This document shows, in pieces, positions 40,844-50,779 of a DNA stretch of 64,000 nt. Position 1 is the stretch's first letter; every line of letters begins with the position of its first letter. A program made the position numbers and the translations under genes. The notes beneath the pieces are model-generated. The model saw nothing but the letters and a program-made list of their open reading frames with translations. It searched no databases and was not told the origin of the DNA. Where the stretch lies: positions 25,134-89,133 of the IMG/VR virus record IMGVR_UViG_3300044815_000165, one strand, 5' to 3'. The DNA is from a virus.

Positions 40844-41539
40844 TCAGAGCCCGAGCTTGGCGAAGATGCTCTCGGCGGCGGCGACCGCGACGGTGCACGT
40901 CTCGTCGATCACGTCGCCGTTGATGTCGCCGTCGCCCATCGAGAGGATGCGTGCGGCGATGTTCGAGGCGATGGTCGCGATGTTGACCTTGCGCATCATC
41001 GCCTCGAAGTCACGCGCGCCGCCGGGACGCATCTTCCTGAGCGGTTCGCCCTGCTGCATCGCCTCACCGAGCTGCTCGCCCGTGAACGACGGACCGAGCT
41101 TCTCGGCCGCGTTCATCGCCTCGCCGAGGAGGGATCCCGGGTAGATCTCGTTCGGAGCCTCGGGCGTGAAGTCGAGCTGCTCCTTACGGATCTTGCGCGG
41201 CGTCGTCATGGAGGCCGCGGGCGCCTTCGACTGCGCGCGGAGCGCGAAGCGGACGTCGGCGAAGCGCTCCTGCAGCGACTCGTCGTGCGGGCTCTTGCTG
41301 ATGGCCTGGGAGAGGCGCTGCAGCTCGTTGCCGAGCTGCTCGGCCGACATCTCGGAGACCTCGATCTGCTTCGGCTCCTCCGGCTGCAGCTCGCGCTGGG
41401 CAGCGCCACGACGCTTCAGCTCCGACTTCAGAGCCTTCATCTGGTCGACCTGCTGCTCGGGGATCCCGCCCGGCCACTGCTTGATCATTGTCTCGAGGTT
41501 GTTGTGGATCTGCTCGGTGGTCATCAATTTCACGGACAT
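40844..41539 (-). CDS. Hypothetical protein
   Basis: 231 aa helical ORF, good codon bias. Confidence 0.6.
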   Translation of the reverse strand: MSVKLMTTEQIHNNLETMIKQWPGGIPEQQVDQMKALKSELKRRGAAQRELQPEEPKQIEVSEMSAEQLGNELQRLSQAISKSPHDESLQERFADVRFALRAQSKAPAASMTTPRKIRKEQLDFTPEAPNEIYPGSLLGEAMNAAEKLGPSFTGEQLGEAMQQGEPLRKMRPGGARDFEAMMRKVNIATIASNIAARILSMGDGDINGDVIDETCTVAVAAAESIFAKLGL

Positions 41540-41574
41540 GTTCTTGGTTCTCTCTTATCTCGTTGCTGTTGCGG

Positions 41575-41973
41575 TTACTCGGAGGGTTGGGACTTGATGA
41601 GTTTGGAGACGAGGGTGAGGCGCTCCTCGAGCACGCGCTTCTCGTCCTTCGCGATCATCGTCTCGACGACGAGCTTCCCTTGCTCGCTCTCCATCATGAT
41701 GATCTTGTTGACGAGCGCGCGGTTGTCGCTCTCGAGGCGCTGGTTCTCGCGGGTGAGCGCCTGCTCCCACGTAACGTCGGGCTGCGGTGCGGGCTGCTCG
41801 TCGGCGGTGGTGCGCCGGCGCGCAAGCTCCGCGGAGATCCACCCGAAGCGGTTCTTGTCGTCGCTCAGCTGGATGCTGCCGGCGTCGATGTTGGTGGAGA
41901 GCTTGGCCAGCTCCGCCTCCAGCTCTTCGGTGGGTTTCACGATCGTGGTCATCTGGTCTGCAGCTGTGGGCAT
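41575..41973 (-). CDS. Hypothetical coiled-coil protein
   Basis: Starts immediately after the promoter (probably leaderless). Confidence 0.55.
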   Translation of the reverse strand: MPTAADQMTTIVKPTEELEAELAKLSTNIDAGSIQLSDDKNRFGWISAELARRRTTADEQPAPQPDVTWEQALTRENQRLESDNRALVNKIIMMESEQGKLVVETMIAKDEKRVLEERLTLVSKLIKSQPSE

Positions 41974-41980
41974 GGCGGGA

Positions 41981-42011
41981 ACTCTACCAGGTTCTGGTTG
42001 ACAATGTCAAC
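41981..42011 (-). promoter_or_regulatory. Promoter with palindromic operator
   Basis: GTTGACAATGTCAAC 41997-42011; TTGACA-18bp-TAGAGT on the - strand. Confidence 0.8.
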
Positions 42012-42012
42012 A

Positions 42013-43770
42013 CTAACCCTCGAACGAGAAGCTGAACGGCGATTTCTTGCTGAGCTTCTCCATCGCGAGCCACGCGCTGCCAGCGGCGTGCACGAGGTGG
42101 TCGTCACCCGAGGAGGCGATCGCCTCGATCATCTCCTTGGTGTCGTCGTCGATCTCCTTCATGAGCGCGAGCGCCCTGAAGTGCTTGTGGAGGATCTGCA
42201 TCTTGTCGAGGGCGAGGCTGGCGAGCCCGAACTCACGCTCCTTGATGGCATGGCAGATGTTCTTGATCTGCATCGTGCGGTCGACGAGGACGCGTGCGCG
42301 CGCCGGGTCGCTCCACTCGGGTTGGAAGGTGCGGCTCTTGTGCGCGCTCGGGTTGTACCACTGCGCGTAGAAGCGATCCTCGTTGCCGACGGGGCATAGC
42401 CGTCGCAGGAGGTACGAGTTGCGGTCCTTGCCGTAGCCGGCGTCCGCGATGACGAGGTCGGGCGAGTACGGGCCGAGGAACCGCTCGACGTCCTTCGCGG
42501 ACCGCAGCTCCTCCGAGCTGTCCTCGAAGATGCCGATGTTGAGCAGGTACACGAGCCCGTTGATCGAGGAGCGACCGAGCACGAACACCCAGTTGAAGTA
42601 GCCCCAGTCGATGCCGGCGGTGATCTGCGACCACTCGTCGGTGCGGCCGAGCACGAACTCATGGCCGGCGCACGCGTTCTGGAAGTCGACGTCGCTGACG
42701 AGCGCGTCGTCCATCGAGCCAGGGAGCGCCGCGACGTAGTTGAGCCACGGCTGCAGCCACTTGAAGTCGATCTTGTCCTGCATCACGCGCGTCGCGGAGA
42801 TCCACGGCGCGATGAACTGCGGGACGTGGTAGCCGCGGATGTGCTTGCGGCTCGGGAAGCGCGCGACCCACTGGCCGGAGAACACGCGGTCGAGCTTCCC
42901 GCGGCACTTCACCTTGTGGCAGAGGTACTCGTAGCTCTCCGGCGGCAGCTCCTTCGTGCCCTCTGGGAAGTCCTTCACGCGGACGATGTTCTTCTGCCAG
43001 TCGACCTCCTGGTACTCGCCGCACTTCTCGCACTTCACCATCCAGACCTGCTGGTCGGAGTCGTTGAAGGCGACGTTGATCCCGCGGCCGGGAAGCGTCG
43101 GCGTGCTGTACTCGCGGAACAGGCCGTACTTCGACGACTTCAGCGACTCGCGGAAGGCCAGCTCGACCTTGTCGCGCATGCGGTCCTTCTCGTCCAGGAA
43201 CACCGCGTCGGCGTCGACGCCCTCGCCGAGGTTGCTCTCCCACGCGGAACGCATGATGAGGAACGACTCGCCGATCTTCTTCGTGAAGACCTGGTTCGGG
43301 ATGCCGGCGAGTGCGGCCATGCGCGGCGACTCGTTGAAGGCGGTGCCGATGCGCGTGATCGAGAAGTCGGCGAGCTGCTTGTCGCGCGGGAACGTGAGGA
43401 TGAGCTTCGTGCCTGGGTGCGTGGAGAGGAAGTGGAACACCTCCGACACGGCCAGCTCCGACCACCCGATCTGACGACCCTTCTGCGAAGCCTTGTGCTT
43501 GTGGTCGTCGCGCAGCGGCTGCTTGAGGAACGGCCGGTGGTGGAGCAGCCGCGAGTACAGCTCGCGCTCGTAGTCGGACCTGATGAGCGTCTTCTGGATG
43601 AAGCCGAGCGACTCCGGCGAGAGCCTGCGCGCGTTGTCGTAGATCAGCGCCTCGCCCTTCACCCGGCGGTTCAGGGCGCACCACAGGACCGGGTCCCGCT
43701 CTGCCACAGCCTCAAGCCCTCCCAGCGCCGATGCTTCGGGGGGAGACTCGATCACGTCCTTGAGTTTCAT
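42013..43770 (-). CDS. terL: Terminase large subunit (gpA/SPO1-like type)
   Basis: KGRQIGWSE, FLDE, YSTPT, CEKC...C Zn site, GIDWG, ADAGYG, GDDH nuclease motifs. Confidence 0.9.
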   Translation of the reverse strand: MKLKDVIESPPEASALGGLEAVAERDPVLWCALNRRVKGEALIYDNARRLSPESLGFIQKTLIRSDYERELYSRLLHHRPFLKQPLRDDHKHKASQKGRQIGWSELAVSEVFHFLSTHPGTKLILTFPRDKQLADFSITRIGTAFNESPRMAALAGIPNQVFTKKIGESFLIMRSAWESNLGEGVDADAVFLDEKDRMRDKVELAFRESLKSSKYGLFREYSTPTLPGRGINVAFNDSDQQVWMVKCEKCGEYQEVDWQKNIVRVKDFPEGTKELPPESYEYLCHKVKCRGKLDRVFSGQWVARFPSRKHIRGYHVPQFIAPWISATRVMQDKIDFKWLQPWLNYVAALPGSMDDALVSDVDFQNACAGHEFVLGRTDEWSQITAGIDWGYFNWVFVLGRSSINGLVYLLNIGIFEDSSEELRSAKDVERFLGPYSPDLVIADAGYGKDRNSYLLRRLCPVGNEDRFYAQWYNPSAHKSRTFQPEWSDPARARVLVDRTMQIKNICHAIKEREFGLASLALDKMQILHKHFRALALMKEIDDDTKEMIEAIASSGDDHLVHAAGSAWLAMEKLSKKSPFSFSFEG

Positions 43771-43983
43771 GCAGGCGAGCGTAGCTTGATGAACGCCCTG
43801 TACGCAGCATCTGCTTCGGGAAGCTGGTCGAGAAGCTGGTCGTCCGTGTACTTCGACGTGTCGTCGCCGAACTTCCCGCGGATGTACCCCTGGACGAAGG
43901 CTTCCTTGCGAGCTGCCTCGCGCATCGGCGCCATCCGCTCGCGCTCGGCGCGTCGGAACTCCTCGATCTCGCGTTCGGTCACG

Positions 43984-44193
43984 TCACGTCGCGATCTTCG
44001 GCTTGAGCGCGGCGTTCAGGACCTTGCGGATCCACTGGCTGCGCGTGTAACCCATCGCCTTGGCCTTCACCTCCCAGGCGCTCTCCTCGGTCTTGGTGCA
44101 GCGGATCTGGATGCGTGTGTCCAGTTCCGCCGGCAGGACCTTCGGGCGTCCCACAGGCTTCCGGTCTTCTTCGGCTGGTCGCTTCCTCGGCAT
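43984..44193 (-). CDS. Ribbon-helix-helix DNA-binding protein
   Basis: GRPK...RIQIRC....W...A...G.TRSQWIR.VL. Confidence 0.7.
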   Translation of the reverse strand: MPRKRPAEEDRKPVGRPKVLPAELDTRIQIRCTKTEESAWEVKAKAMGYTRSQWIRKVLNAALKPKIAT

Positions 44194-44198
44194 GGGCT

Positions 44199-44230
44199 CT
44201 ACTATCTCATTTCTTGTTGACAATGTCAAC
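44199..44230 (-). promoter_or_regulatory. Palindromic operator/promoter upstream of the RHH-terL genes
   Basis: GTTGACAATGTCAAC 44216-44230; -10 box less clear. Confidence 0.7.
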
Positions 44231-44424
44231 GCTTAGCTTGCCTTCGGCGCGACGCCGCTCCTCCGCGCCGATCCTGAGCGCCTCGCGCACCTCGTCGACT
44301 GTCAAGGCGAACTGCTGCGCGTCGCCGTCGGGCAACACCTCGAGCACGCTCGGACGCGCCGGGATGTGGATCACGACGCAGGACTTCGTGCGGATCCGTA
44401 TCGGGTCATCACGTGGAGGTTTGC

Positions 44425-45198
44425 TCATTTCCCAGCTCCGAGCAGACGGCTGCCGTCCTGGATCTTGTCGAGCTGCTTGGCGACCTTCGTGGTGTCACCA
44501 CCGAACAGCGCGTAGAGGCGATCGTCGAGCGCAGTGATACCGGCACGGATCTGCTTGAGCACCTCGAGCCGCTCTTCGCTGAACAGCACGAGCCCGACCG
44601 GCGGCATCTCGCGCACCGCCTGGTTGTGTGATGCCGCGGTCCCGTCGTCATCGTCGACGTCTCGCTTGAGGATGCGATCCGCAGTGTCGCCTGGCAGCCG
44701 GAACGGGTTCGTGTACTCCTCGACGTGCCACGTCAGGTTGATGCCTAAGATGGGACGCGAGTCTTCGCCGTCCTCGTCTTCGTGCTTGCGGTTGAGACCA
44801 CGCGTGGTCGTGCCGTGCATGCCGCTGTGACCTCGGTACGGGATGACGGCCTCGTACGAGATGCGGATGTAGCGCGTCCACACCAGCGCGACGGCGGTGT
44901 TCGCCACGATCTCCATGCGCGCCTTCAGCGCGTCGAGGGACTTGGACACGTACCAGGTGGTGTCGTGCTCGGCGATGAATTCGGAGCCCTCGAGCCGCAG
45001 GATGAACGACACCGTCGAGTACCCGCGCGTGTCGAGCGCCACCTTCACCTTAAGCGTGTCGATCTTCTTCGGCAAGCGTCCGTTCAGCGGCTTGGATCTC
45101 TCCTCGACGAGCGACAGCTGCGCCTTGAGCTTGGCGGCACGCTCGGCCTCGTACACCGCCAGCGCGTCATCCGTTCGACTCGATAGCTTCTTGGTCAT
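44425..45198 (-). CDS. Hypothetical protein
   Basis: GGAG RBS, ATGA coupling. Confidence 0.6.
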   Translation of the reverse strand: MTKKLSSRTDDALAVYEAERAAKLKAQLSLVEERSKPLNGRLPKKIDTLKVKVALDTRGYSTVSFILRLEGSEFIAEHDTTWYVSKSLDALKARMEIVANTAVALVWTRYIRISYEAVIPYRGHSGMHGTTTRGLNRKHEDEDGEDSRPILGINLTWHVEEYTNPFRLPGDTADRILKRDVDDDDGTAASHNQAVREMPPVGLVLFSEERLEVLKQIRAGITALDDRLYALFGGDTTKVAKQLDKIQDGSRLLGAGK

Positions 45199-46223
45199 GG
45201 TGTTCTGCTCCCTACGATGGCGGCGCGCACGCGCTCGCGTTCTTCGTTCTCGCGCGCGATCATGGCGTTCATCAGATCGCGGTCGATGTTGTTGTTGATG
45301 GCTGTCTCGACGAGCGCGTTCAGCTGCTGAGGATTGAGCGCGTCCAGCTCCCAGCTCTGGTCGCCGAACTCCTCGATGTACGCCGCCGCGCGCGAGTCGG
45401 TGATCTTGGCGGGGTTCGGCGGTGGGCGATACCTCCGGATCTGCGCCATCGTGAGCGCGAGCTTCTCTACCTTCAGGTTCGGCACACCGAACTCGCCGAG
45501 GCGCTCGCGGATGTCGCGGACCATGTCGTTGCCGCTCGGGTCATGGTCGCCGAGGTAGAGCACGACACACTGCTTCAGCTCGCCATCCTCGGCTTGCTCG
45601 CCGTCGCGATCGCCGCCCTCGAAGTTCCACCGGAAGATCGGATCAGTCTTCGTCTCGCATCCCTCGCACTTGCCTGTGTTCGAGCGGTTCTCGAACGGCG
45701 CCATGCAGTTGTCGCACTGCACCTCGACGTCGACGCCGCAGGCGCTGAGCATGCGGTCCGCGCTCGCCTTCATCGCGCTCGCCGAGCTGTAACCCTTGTT
45801 CACCATCAGCGGGACGTGGTTGCGACGCGCGATCGGTGCGAGCACGCCGGCGAGCGCCTGCTTCTCCACCCACAGCTCGACGTACCTCGGCTGGTCGGCC
45901 CACCGCGGAAGCCTGAACTGCCGGATGGCGAGGTCGACAAGCTCGTCGACGCTGTCCCACTCACCGGGCACGTCGGGCTCGCGCCCGCGGTCCTCGATGG
46001 CTTCCCAGTCGATGAGACCCGCGTACCGCGCGTCGGTGAGCATGCTCGTGAGGTTCTGGTACGTGCGCGGCGTGTTGGCGATCAGGTCGCGCGACACGAA
46101 CTGGTAGAAGAGCTGGCGCGCGGTGAGCTTCTGCCCGCCGTACTCGGCGATGATCGCATCGGCCTGCGCGATCATCGAGCGCGCGTTCTCGCGGAAGTTG
46201 GTCGATCTGAATTGTTGCTTCAT
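45195..46223 (-). CDS. Topoisomerase VI-A/Spo11-like Toprim protein with Zn-ribbon insertion
   Basis: TARQLFY, VELWVEK, GYSS, YLGDHDPSG, WELDAL; CDNC...CEGC insert. Confidence 0.75.
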   Translation of the reverse strand: MKQQFRSTNFRENARSMIAQADAIIAEYGGQKLTARQLFYQFVSRDLIANTPRTYQNLTSMLTDARYAGLIDWEAIEDRGREPDVPGEWDSVDELVDLAIRQFRLPRWADQPRYVELWVEKQALAGVLAPIARRNHVPLMVNKGYSSASAMKASADRMLSACGVDVEVQCDNCMAPFENRSNTGKCEGCETKTDPIFRWNFEGGDRDGEQAEDGELKQCVVLYLGDHDPSGNDMVRDIRERLGEFGVPNLKVEKLALTMAQIRRYRPPPNPAKITDSRAAAYIEEFGDQSWELDALNPQQLNALVETAINNNIDRDLMNAMIARENEERERVRAAIVGSRTP

Positions 46224-47090
46224 CGGAGGACGATCTTCACGTTGCCGACGGATGTGCGGACGATGACGTCTTCGGTGAGGCCACAGACGAACGCATACGA
46301 CGTGACGATCGCGACCTCCGCGAGGATGTGCGTGCCGCAGCGCTCGTACATCGCCTGCGCCTGTTTCTGGATCTGCTCGTGGAGCCACTGCATCTCGATG
46401 TTCACGTTGGCTTCTCCGTTCCGTCGCGAAAGATGGTTCCGATCGCCGCCTGGTACCACCACCACACCTCGTAGTTCCAACGCCGCTTCGTCGGGTACCA
46501 CTCGGCAGTGACGATGCGCGTCTCGCCGTCCTGGTCAGGAAAGACGGACAGCACGTGGAGGAGCGCGTCGACGTGCTTCACGCCGCCGGTTTGTCCATCA
46601 CCGTGCAGCGTCTGGTGGCGGAGCTTGTCGCCGACCTTCGGAGGCCACCACTCCGGCGCTTCCCTCGGCATCAGAGGTCTCCTCGGATGCACGCGACGCG
46701 CTCCGGGTTCTCTTTGGTGCCGACGTCGCAGTGGCAGACGCGGTCCATCGCGCAGGTGAGATTCATCTCAGCCTGGCGCTCGCACTCGGCGCTGACCGAA
46801 GCGCAGCTTGGGACGTCGGGCGCGTCGAGAGGCGGCGACGGCTGCGTTGATGGTTCGACGCATGATGGCGTCAGGAGGCTCGCCGTCACCGCGATGATCG
46901 CGGAGCCGAAGGGAGGGAACATGATCGAGAAACGTCTCATGGGATATTCCTTGGTAGTCGGTGAAAGAGTCGTAGCGGCCGAGGAACACGTTCCAGTCGA
47001 GCCCGGTCCGCTTCGCGAACTCGATCCAGCGCACGCGCATCCACGCGCCGTCGTACTTCTTGAAGAGAGGGTCGAACCTGACCTGCGTGA

Positions 47091-47477
47091 TCACGCACCA
47101 CCGCGGTCGGGCTTCAGGTTCCGCCAGTCGGCCTTCAGGCGGATCTGGGTGAGCGGATCGACGCCCTTGTTCTCGGCGGTGCAGCCCTCGATCGCGCACT
47201 CGTTCCCGTACGGGTACTCGCTGCACATCATGGGGCGCGTCTCGTAGATGCGGCAGTCGCCGGTCTCCGTGTCGTGGTGGCGGCACGTGTAGAGGAACGA
47301 CTTCTCGCCATCGCCATACGTCGACGTGCCGAGCGGGATCAGCATGTCGGCGAGCACGGCAGCCTCGCCGGGACGTCCGAGCTTCATGCCGGTCGTCCGG
47401 CTCACACCCTCCTTCAGCTCGTCGACGCTGTACGGGAGAGGGAATCGCTTGCAGCAGTGACCAGTGCAGCGGCTCAC
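47091..47477 (-). CDS. YkgJ-like CxxCC cysteine-cluster protein
   Basis: CTGHCC...C..H....C.IYETRP..C..YP. Confidence 0.75.
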   Translation of the reverse strand: MSRCTGHCCKRFPLPYSVDELKEGVSRTTGMKLGRPGEAAVLADMLIPLGTSTYGDGEKSFLYTCRHHDTETGDCRIYETRPMMCSEYPYGNECAIEGCTAENKGVDPLTQIRLKADWRNLKPDRGGA

Positions 47478-48830
47478 AGGATGGTCACCTGGTCGCTTGG
47501 CACGACGAAGATACCTGCGCGTGGGTTCCAATACCCAGCCTTGGGCCAGTCGATGAGGTGGTGCGTCGCCTCGTCGGTGGCGGGTCGGATGAGGCACTTG
47601 TCGATCGCGGCGGACGCGACGACCACGCACGCGCCGGCGATCTCGAACACGTCGGCGACGAACATCGCGTCGTGTCCGCAGTAGCGGACCATAGCGCCGC
47701 ACTTCGACTTCGGAGCGCGCTCGCGCTTCTCGCACGTGTGCAGACCTTTGAGTTGTGGGTCAATGCACTGCGCGCAGCCGCTCTTCTTCTTTTCCTTCAT
47801 CGCTTCTTTCCTCTCGCGAGCTTCTCTCGCGGCACGAAGTGGTTGATGTGCGACGGACGCAGGCACATCACGCAGGGTTTAGAGTAGCCGCGCTCGTGTC
47901 CGTCGTTGCTGTTGGCGCAGTCCGCGCAGCTGCCGACCACCTCGACCTCGTCCGGCACGATCCCGGCGAAGGCGAATAGCGCGTCCAGCTCATTCGCGGT
48001 GAATTGTCCGAGCGACGTGGAGACGAAGCACCACGCACCGTCGCTGAGCGACGTGTACCCGCCCTGCTCCTTGGAGCGCATGTCGATGAGCACGCGCTGG
48101 ATGACCTTGCGCGCCAGCTCGTCGACGAGTTGCGTCGTCTTCGACGTGTTGATCTCAGGCGCGGGTCGCGGTGTGCGCTTCGGCGCCGCGATCGGAACGA
48201 AGTTGTCGGTCTTCATGTTCTCTTCTTCTTTCGTTCCTCGTATTCGGCGACGCGGTCGGCGCGCTGAGGAATTTTCTTGGGTTGCTTGGTGGTGGCGAGC
48301 TTGAAGTCGAAGAACCGACCGCACGCCGTGCACTTGTGCTCCATCGCACCGTCGCAGAGAAGATCTGGACACGGGGTCATCTGGTCTTGGCGTCCCACTC
48401 TTCGGCGAGGAGCGTCGCGACCTCGTCCGGCACGCACGCCCCGATCTCCATCGGCGTGAGCAGCTTCCAGTACCAGGACAACACGAGGTGCCGGTACTCG
48501 GCGCGTGCCGCGGTGAGGCGCTGCAGTGCTGCCACGCGGCGAGAGTCAGACGCACCCATCGGCATCTGGCGCATGTCGTCTTCAAAGCGCGCCAACGCGG
48601 TGTGCCAGCCACGGAGCGCGTTGGTCGTGTGGATCGCCCACTCGTTCATCGGCGATGCCTCATGGCGCGCGCGAGCACGATGCAGTCGTGCGCGTGCTCT
48701 ACCAGCTGGTCGGGTGTCAGGAAGATGGATGCCTTCCTGTTATCCACGCGCTCGCGGACGCGGATGCGTGCGTACAACCCGTTGTTCTCGTCAACGAGTT
48801 CGATCTCGTCGCCTAGGTTGATGGTCCCTT

Positions 48831-49817
48831 TCACGACGTGTACTCCGCGACGCTCTCGTCGTCTTCGCTCGGCGTCGTCATCGGGTTGTTCTGGAGATGC
48901 GTGACCGCCGCGGGCATCGCCATCCGACCTTGTGGCGTGCGGCGGATGAGGCCGGTCTCGAGCAGCCACGGCTCGATGATCCCTTCGATCACGCCGCGCT
49001 CGAGGCCGAGCTGCGCGGCGATGGCCATCACGCCGTACGGCGCGCCGAGCCGCTCGCAGAGGATCCCGAGATAGGCGCGGTCGTTCACGGTGAGTCCGAG
49101 CGCATCGACGCCGAGCGCATCGAACGTGTGGTCGGCGACCTCACACGTGATCACGCGCTCGCCGGCGGACTGCATGAAGTCGCGGCACGCGCGCACGAGG
49201 CGGTTCGCGATGCGCGGCGTGCCACGCGCTCGGTTCGCGATCATGACCGCGATCTGCGCCGGGTCGCTGCACCCGATGCCGAGCTTCTCCATCGTCCGCT
49301 TCGCGATGATCGACAGGTCGAGCACGCTGTAGTGCTTCAGGTCGAACGTGTACGCGAAGCGGTCGCGCAGCGGGCCGGTGATGAGGTGCGCGCGGGTCGT
49401 CGCGCCGATGAGCGTGAACGGCTGCAGCGGCAGGCGGATGGTCTTCTTGCCCGCGCTGAGGTCGACGTGGCCGTCCTCCGCAGCGCTGTACAACAATTCT
49501 TGAAGAGCAGGCTTGAGTCCGTGCAGCTCGTCCAGGAACAGCACGTCGTTCTTCCCGAGTGACGTGAGCATCCCGGTCAGCTCGCCCTTGTGTTCGATCG
49601 CCTGACAGATGGCGGCGTGGAGCTTCGACTTCATCTCCGTGGCTACGATTTGTGCGAGGCTCGTCTTGCCACATCCAGGCAAACCAGTCAGCAGAACGTG
49701 TCCGCATGCACGATCGTTGTGAGAGGCGGCAACCACGACTCGACGAAGCACGGAGACGGTTTCTCGTTGACCGACAAAGCTGTCGAAACTGCTCGGTCGG
49801 ATGTCGTTGTCCTTCAT
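48831..49817 (-). CDS. ruvB: Holliday junction branch migration ATPase RuvB
   Basis: RPSSFDSFVGQ, GLPGCGKT, FLDELH, GATTR, PLRDRF, RGTPRIANRL, RTPQGR. Confidence 0.93.
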   Translation of the reverse strand: MKDNDIRPSSFDSFVGQRETVSVLRRVVVAASHNDRACGHVLLTGLPGCGKTSLAQIVATEMKSKLHAAICQAIEHKGELTGMLTSLGKNDVLFLDELHGLKPALQELLYSAAEDGHVDLSAGKKTIRLPLQPFTLIGATTRAHLITGPLRDRFAYTFDLKHYSVLDLSIIAKRTMEKLGIGCSDPAQIAVMIANRARGTPRIANRLVRACRDFMQSAGERVITCEVADHTFDALGVDALGLTVNDRAYLGILCERLGAPYGVMAIAAQLGLERGVIEGIIEPWLLETGLIRRTPQGRMAMPAAVTHLQNNPMTTPSEDDESVAEYTS

Positions 49818-50230
49818 GTCTTGTCTTTCTTGCGTCGATGAAAAGCTGCACGATGGCAAGCTCTACAGAATCGACGACCGTTGGAGATTGTGGTGTTTTC
49901 TTCGGTGTACGCGTGACCTTGCGGACACTTCGTCTTGCGAGCGTTCCGAGCTGACAGCCCGTCGCCGCGCAGGGTGTTCTCGCGATGCGTGACCAGCTCG
50001 ACGTGGTTCGGGTTGCAGCACCAGCGATTCCTGCAGAGGTGATCAGGAACCATTCCGTTGGGGATTGGTTTGATGAGGTGTTCGTAGAATGCGCGGTGGA
50101 TATACAGCTGCGCGTAGTTCACGGTGATGCGCACGTACCCATCTTCTTTGGGGTGGATCGGAGATCTCCAGCATGACCATGGACCGACGATGCGAATCGC
50201 CGCCAAGTGATCTCCGATAGTCTTCTTCAC
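49814..50230 (-). CDS. HNH homing endonuclease
   Basis: DGY..HRAFYE..PDHLCRNRWCCNPNH; KCPQGH..CRAC. Confidence 0.88.
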   Translation of the reverse strand: MKKTIGDHLAAIRIVGPWSCWRSPIHPKEDGYVRITVNYAQLYIHRAFYEHLIKPIPNGMVPDHLCRNRWCCNPNHVELVTHRENTLRGDGLSARNARKTKCPQGHAYTEENTTISNGRRFCRACHRAAFHRRKKDKT

Positions 50231-50779
50231 GCGTCATCCGTTGGTTTGGGGATCTTCGCGAGCCAGCGCTCGCCGTCGTCGCGACCCGTCGTCTTCTTCA
50301 TCTTGCCGTTGTCCTCGAGCGTCACCCACCCGAGCTTCTCGAGCGAGCGAGCAACGGTCACCTGCGGTCCCTTGAGGAACATCCCGCCGCGCGGGAAGTC
50401 GCGGATCTCGTTCAGCAGCGCCAGCTGCTTGTCCGTGAGCAGGTTCTCCTTGGGCTCGCCGACGATGACGACGTCGCGGCGCGCCTGCGCCTCGTTCAGC
50501 GCGTGGTACGAGTTGCCACCGTCGATGCTGACCCAGACGTAGTTGCCCTGCGGACGCACCTCGGCGACGGCAGCCGCACCCTTGTAGATGCACGGACGCT
50601 TGCGGAAACCGAATCTACTGTGGAGGCTCATGCGTTCTCCTGCCATCTGATGAAGTGGCTGCGCAGCTCGTCGTAGTGCTCGTGCTCGAAGTCGTAGACG
50701 TCCTTCTGCCACGGTGCGTGCGACGGGTTGAGCCACGCGCGTCGCAGCAGTTCGGCGTAGCGCTTGAACAACTCTTCGC

